This document shows, in pieces, positions 61,101-64,000 of a stretch of DNA of 64,000 nucleotides. The translations under genes and the position numbers were made by a program. The notes under the pieces were generated by a model that did not search any database, had not been told where the DNA came from, and saw nothing but the letters and a program-made list of their open reading frames with translations. The stretch covers positions 5,952,001 to 6,016,000 of the forward strand of contig JAYWIR010000004.1 of NCBI GenBank assembly GCA_036172245.1, in the 5' to 3' direction. This DNA comes from Raillietiella orientalis. Its lineage: Eukaryota. The stretch's first letter is position 1, and the number at the start of each line of letters is the position of its first letter.

Positions 61101-63132
61101 AGGACGGGAGCGACTTCCGCTCTCTCCGCGAGGCTTCCCGGCAGATCAGAAGAGCGGACGAACAGATGGCCTCGAGAGATCCCGATAACCGGGAAAGGCC
61201 GCCGGGGAGGTGACCGTGGTTGGAGGCAGGCTTCGCCGCCCCGGCGACGGCCTCGGCAGAAACGGCGCGCGGCGATCCCCACGTGTCAGTGGAAAATCGT
61301 CCCGAGGAGAGGGTCCCTCGGAGTTGTCTTGACGTCTTCCGAGGGGAGCACTGAAGGCAGGGGAGGGAAGGGGTCTCTCCCTCTTCCCGTAGGAAAGATG
61401 AGGAAGGGACGCGACCTGACCTCATTCCCTCCACTCGCTCCCGAATTCCCGCTGCAGCGAGGCGAGGGCAGGGAAAGGCGAGGAAAAGGAAGGAAGAGAT
61501 ATGATGACCACCAGCTTCGTCTTCCGAAAGCTTCTCCCCCTACACCCTCCCCTCCCTTCTTCCCCCCTCTTCCAGGACAAGCAGCGAGAGTTCGGGGTCA
61601 CGGCGAAGGCGGCAGCGAGTGGATGGCATCGGTCTCGTTGATCCGCAGCGAGGGCAGGGAGGCACGAAGACAAGTTCTGAGGAGTCTGCCTGGACACTGG
61701 CCGTTTCCCAGTGCACTCTGCTCCCGTGCCGCCTCGCACAGCTTCTGGAGCCAGAGAGAAACGCCTTCAGCAGAGGGATCGGTCTCCTAGTGCACCCGAG
61801 GTCACTCCCCCTCCCTCAGGAAAAGAAAAGGGTGCGGGCAGTAGCTTCGTCATGGACCAGCAGGAAACTGAACGGGACGGGATGGCGGGAGCGCCAGAGT
61901 CCCAGATGCTGCCACCCAGGGCAGGCAAGAGTACCGAAAGCAGCATCTGAGACCCTTGCTTTCCTGGGTCAGCATGTCGCGATGGGAATGCCTCTTTTAC
62001 CATTGTTCGAATGCTGCAGAGCCACCTCGCATGCACCTCGAGCATACTTGGAACCGGAATCGACCGAGATCTGTCTCCGGATCACGACGTCAGCTTCGGT
62101 TGGCACAAAAGACCACCTGCCGCAGAAAAGAAGGGAGATGAAGGGGAAGAAAGATGTCGCCACGGCCAGAGACTTTCTGGTGTCTCGTCTCCCCTGAGAA
62201 GGAGACCTTCTCTCGGCTTCCCCTCCCAGAAATGCAATCCTCTCCCGAGACCCCCTGCTCTTCCGCGCACGCACAATGGTCGGCCTCTTCTAAAAAGCTC
62301 CACACCTCACGGTCGTCCGCGCCACTGCTGCAAAGAAGAGGGGAAACTCCAGGGGTTCGGCCTCAACACCCAACACCCCTCCCACCCTTCCCCTTACTCG
62401 GCGAACCTTCTCCTTGCAATGGGAACGCGAGTTCGATATGGGATGAACAGAAGAAGCAGCAAAAGATGGCGAAGAAAGGGAGAGCAGCGCACACAGCCCA
62501 AAGGCTCCGCCCAACTGAGTGGACAGGTTCTCTTCTGGAAGCCGAGGTAAGGGCGAGTGTGACGTCTCCCGTGTTGCCCTCGGATGGTTCGGGTGGATCC
62601 AGCTATGCTGAACACGGTTTCCACACCGCGCCTCGGCCCAGTCAGTGCAGTGGGCTGAACGATCGAGATGCGGATCGAGCAGCCACCGCAACGAAAGCTG
62701 AAAAGGAGCACCCAAGACCTCCCCGAGAACAGGGACGACGGTGCGGGCTCTGGGACCACCTCGAACTGTGCGGACCCCGAACCGCTCTGTTCGCGGCGTG
62801 CCCCTTTCCCAGAAACCTTACGAGTCGGGCATTTCCCGACGACCAGAACGTTCGCACTCCCCTTTCGATCTCTCCGAAACGCATACGGCAAAGGCATCTG
62901 AGGTTCCTCCTGGAAAAGGAGAAACTAGGAACACTCTAATCGCTTCGTTCCTCCCTGACGGAGTTTACTCTTGTGCCCTTTCGGACCGTTCGTGGAAGGA
63001 GGACGGGGACGAACGCATGCCCCACTTCACTCCGGAATTTGCTGGAGTTGCAGCCAGGCTAAGAGTAGTTGTTGCTCGCTGAGTAGCGGCGAATCTGCCG
63101 CTTCTGTCGAGCGACGCCTCGCGTGGAAACCG

Positions 63133-63138
63133 AATAAA
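63133..63138 (+). terminator. Candidate distal polyadenylation signal AATAAA
   Basis: AATAAA where the GC-rich domain ends; would imply a ~5 kb 3' UTR. Confidence 0.25.
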
Positions 63139-64000
63139 TGAAAGCGCTTAAGATACCACGTGCAGACCACTTGCTGAAGAAACGGAGCCTCCGGGAACTG
63201 AATCAAGTCAGACCGAGTACCGAGCTCCAGTGAAACTCAACTCTCATTGAGGTCGATCCGGGATCAATGGAACGAAATCCCATTGTTTTAAGAATTCCCT
63301 TTACGTGCAGAGATACTCCTCCTTTCGACATATCTTTAATTTGCTTGTCTTGACTTCCGTTTCCATTTCTTCTTCAACCTGCTTCGTTGATCCAGAATGC
63401 TCGCGCTGATGCTATGCGAAATCGATAGCTTTCATCTTGGCTTCTGGGAAATTATCATTCTCGGAAGTTCCCGATGCAAAGCGAAAAGACTGGTGGTAAC
63501 CAGGCATCAGACGGCCTGGTTAATGAAAGTCCACAATTGATGAGCCTGTGATAAACCAGACGAGTGTCGGAGCGAAAAGCTCCTCCTTGTATCTGTACCT
63601 TTGGGCCGGGAGAAGACATCCATTGCAATCTTCTGGAGTGCGAGCAATCAGCACTGCACATGGATCACGTGTTACAAAGTCCAGCGTGTCTCCTGCAAAG
63701 GCATCCTTTCCAACGATTCCCGGGTACTTAACAAGCACCAAAAAAAAGTCAAAAGTCGCTATCACTCCCTCCTCCCCTTCACTGTTTCTGCACCTCGTCT
63801 CAATACGTAATCTTTGGTGAATTTCATGAGCTGCATGGTCGTTCGCTGAACAGTCCTCTGACACAAAGTAGCCAACATAAACACTTCCTGGTTATTCAGG
63901 TCACATCCTAATTATTCAAATCAATTATGTATCAATGTTCATGAATGACATCCTCTGATTAAGTCACAAATCTCGATGAGTTGTGTCTTTTGCAAAAGCG

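Larger units (their letters stand above)
39300..63100. other. Extended GC/CpG-rich domain covering the internal first exons and 3' exons
   Basis: Visible compositional shift from the AT-richer 24-38 kb region, with dense overlapping R/P/G/S-rich spurious ORFs. Boundaries are approximate. Confidence 0.75.

Noticed and set aside
57873..62939. Large ORFs downstream of the stop (333, 330, 261, 253 aa)
   Set aside because: Low-complexity GC-rich 3' UTR or intergenic sequence with no recognisable homology or codon pattern.
1..64000. CRISPR arrays, operons, prokaryotic defence systems, intact transposase or reverse transcriptase ORFs
   Set aside because: The sequence is intron-rich eukaryotic DNA; I saw no regularly spaced repeats and no such protein motifs.

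Overview
This is eukaryotic genomic DNA, probably from an arthropod or other ecdysozoan; the species cannot be determined from the sequence. The one well-supported gene is a + strand, multi-exon LIM-domain gene of the Limpet / lim-9 (FHL2-prickle-testin related) family. Six canonical GT-AG exons (21447-21662, 52177-52377, 53231-53405, 57110-57279, 57347-57533, 57944-58101) join in frame to 368 codons encoding six LIM domains and span a 30.5 kb intron. I could not find the expected upstream PET-domain exons. Two probable alternative N-terminal exons (45402-45607 and 56763-56937) would give 4.5-LIM and 2.5-LIM isoforms. The most unusual structure is a ~255 bp inverted repeat pair (44320-44577 / 46793-47048) bracketing the 45.4 kb exon. 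Its 5' arm also has a competing, near-perfect local partner (44461-44491 / 44584-44614), so it is a candidate promoter-dependent RNA-structure switch; that function is a hypothesis. Nearly all other ORFs in the track look like chance frames in GC-rich non-coding DNA. No rRNA, tRNA, CRISPR array or intact transposon is supported.
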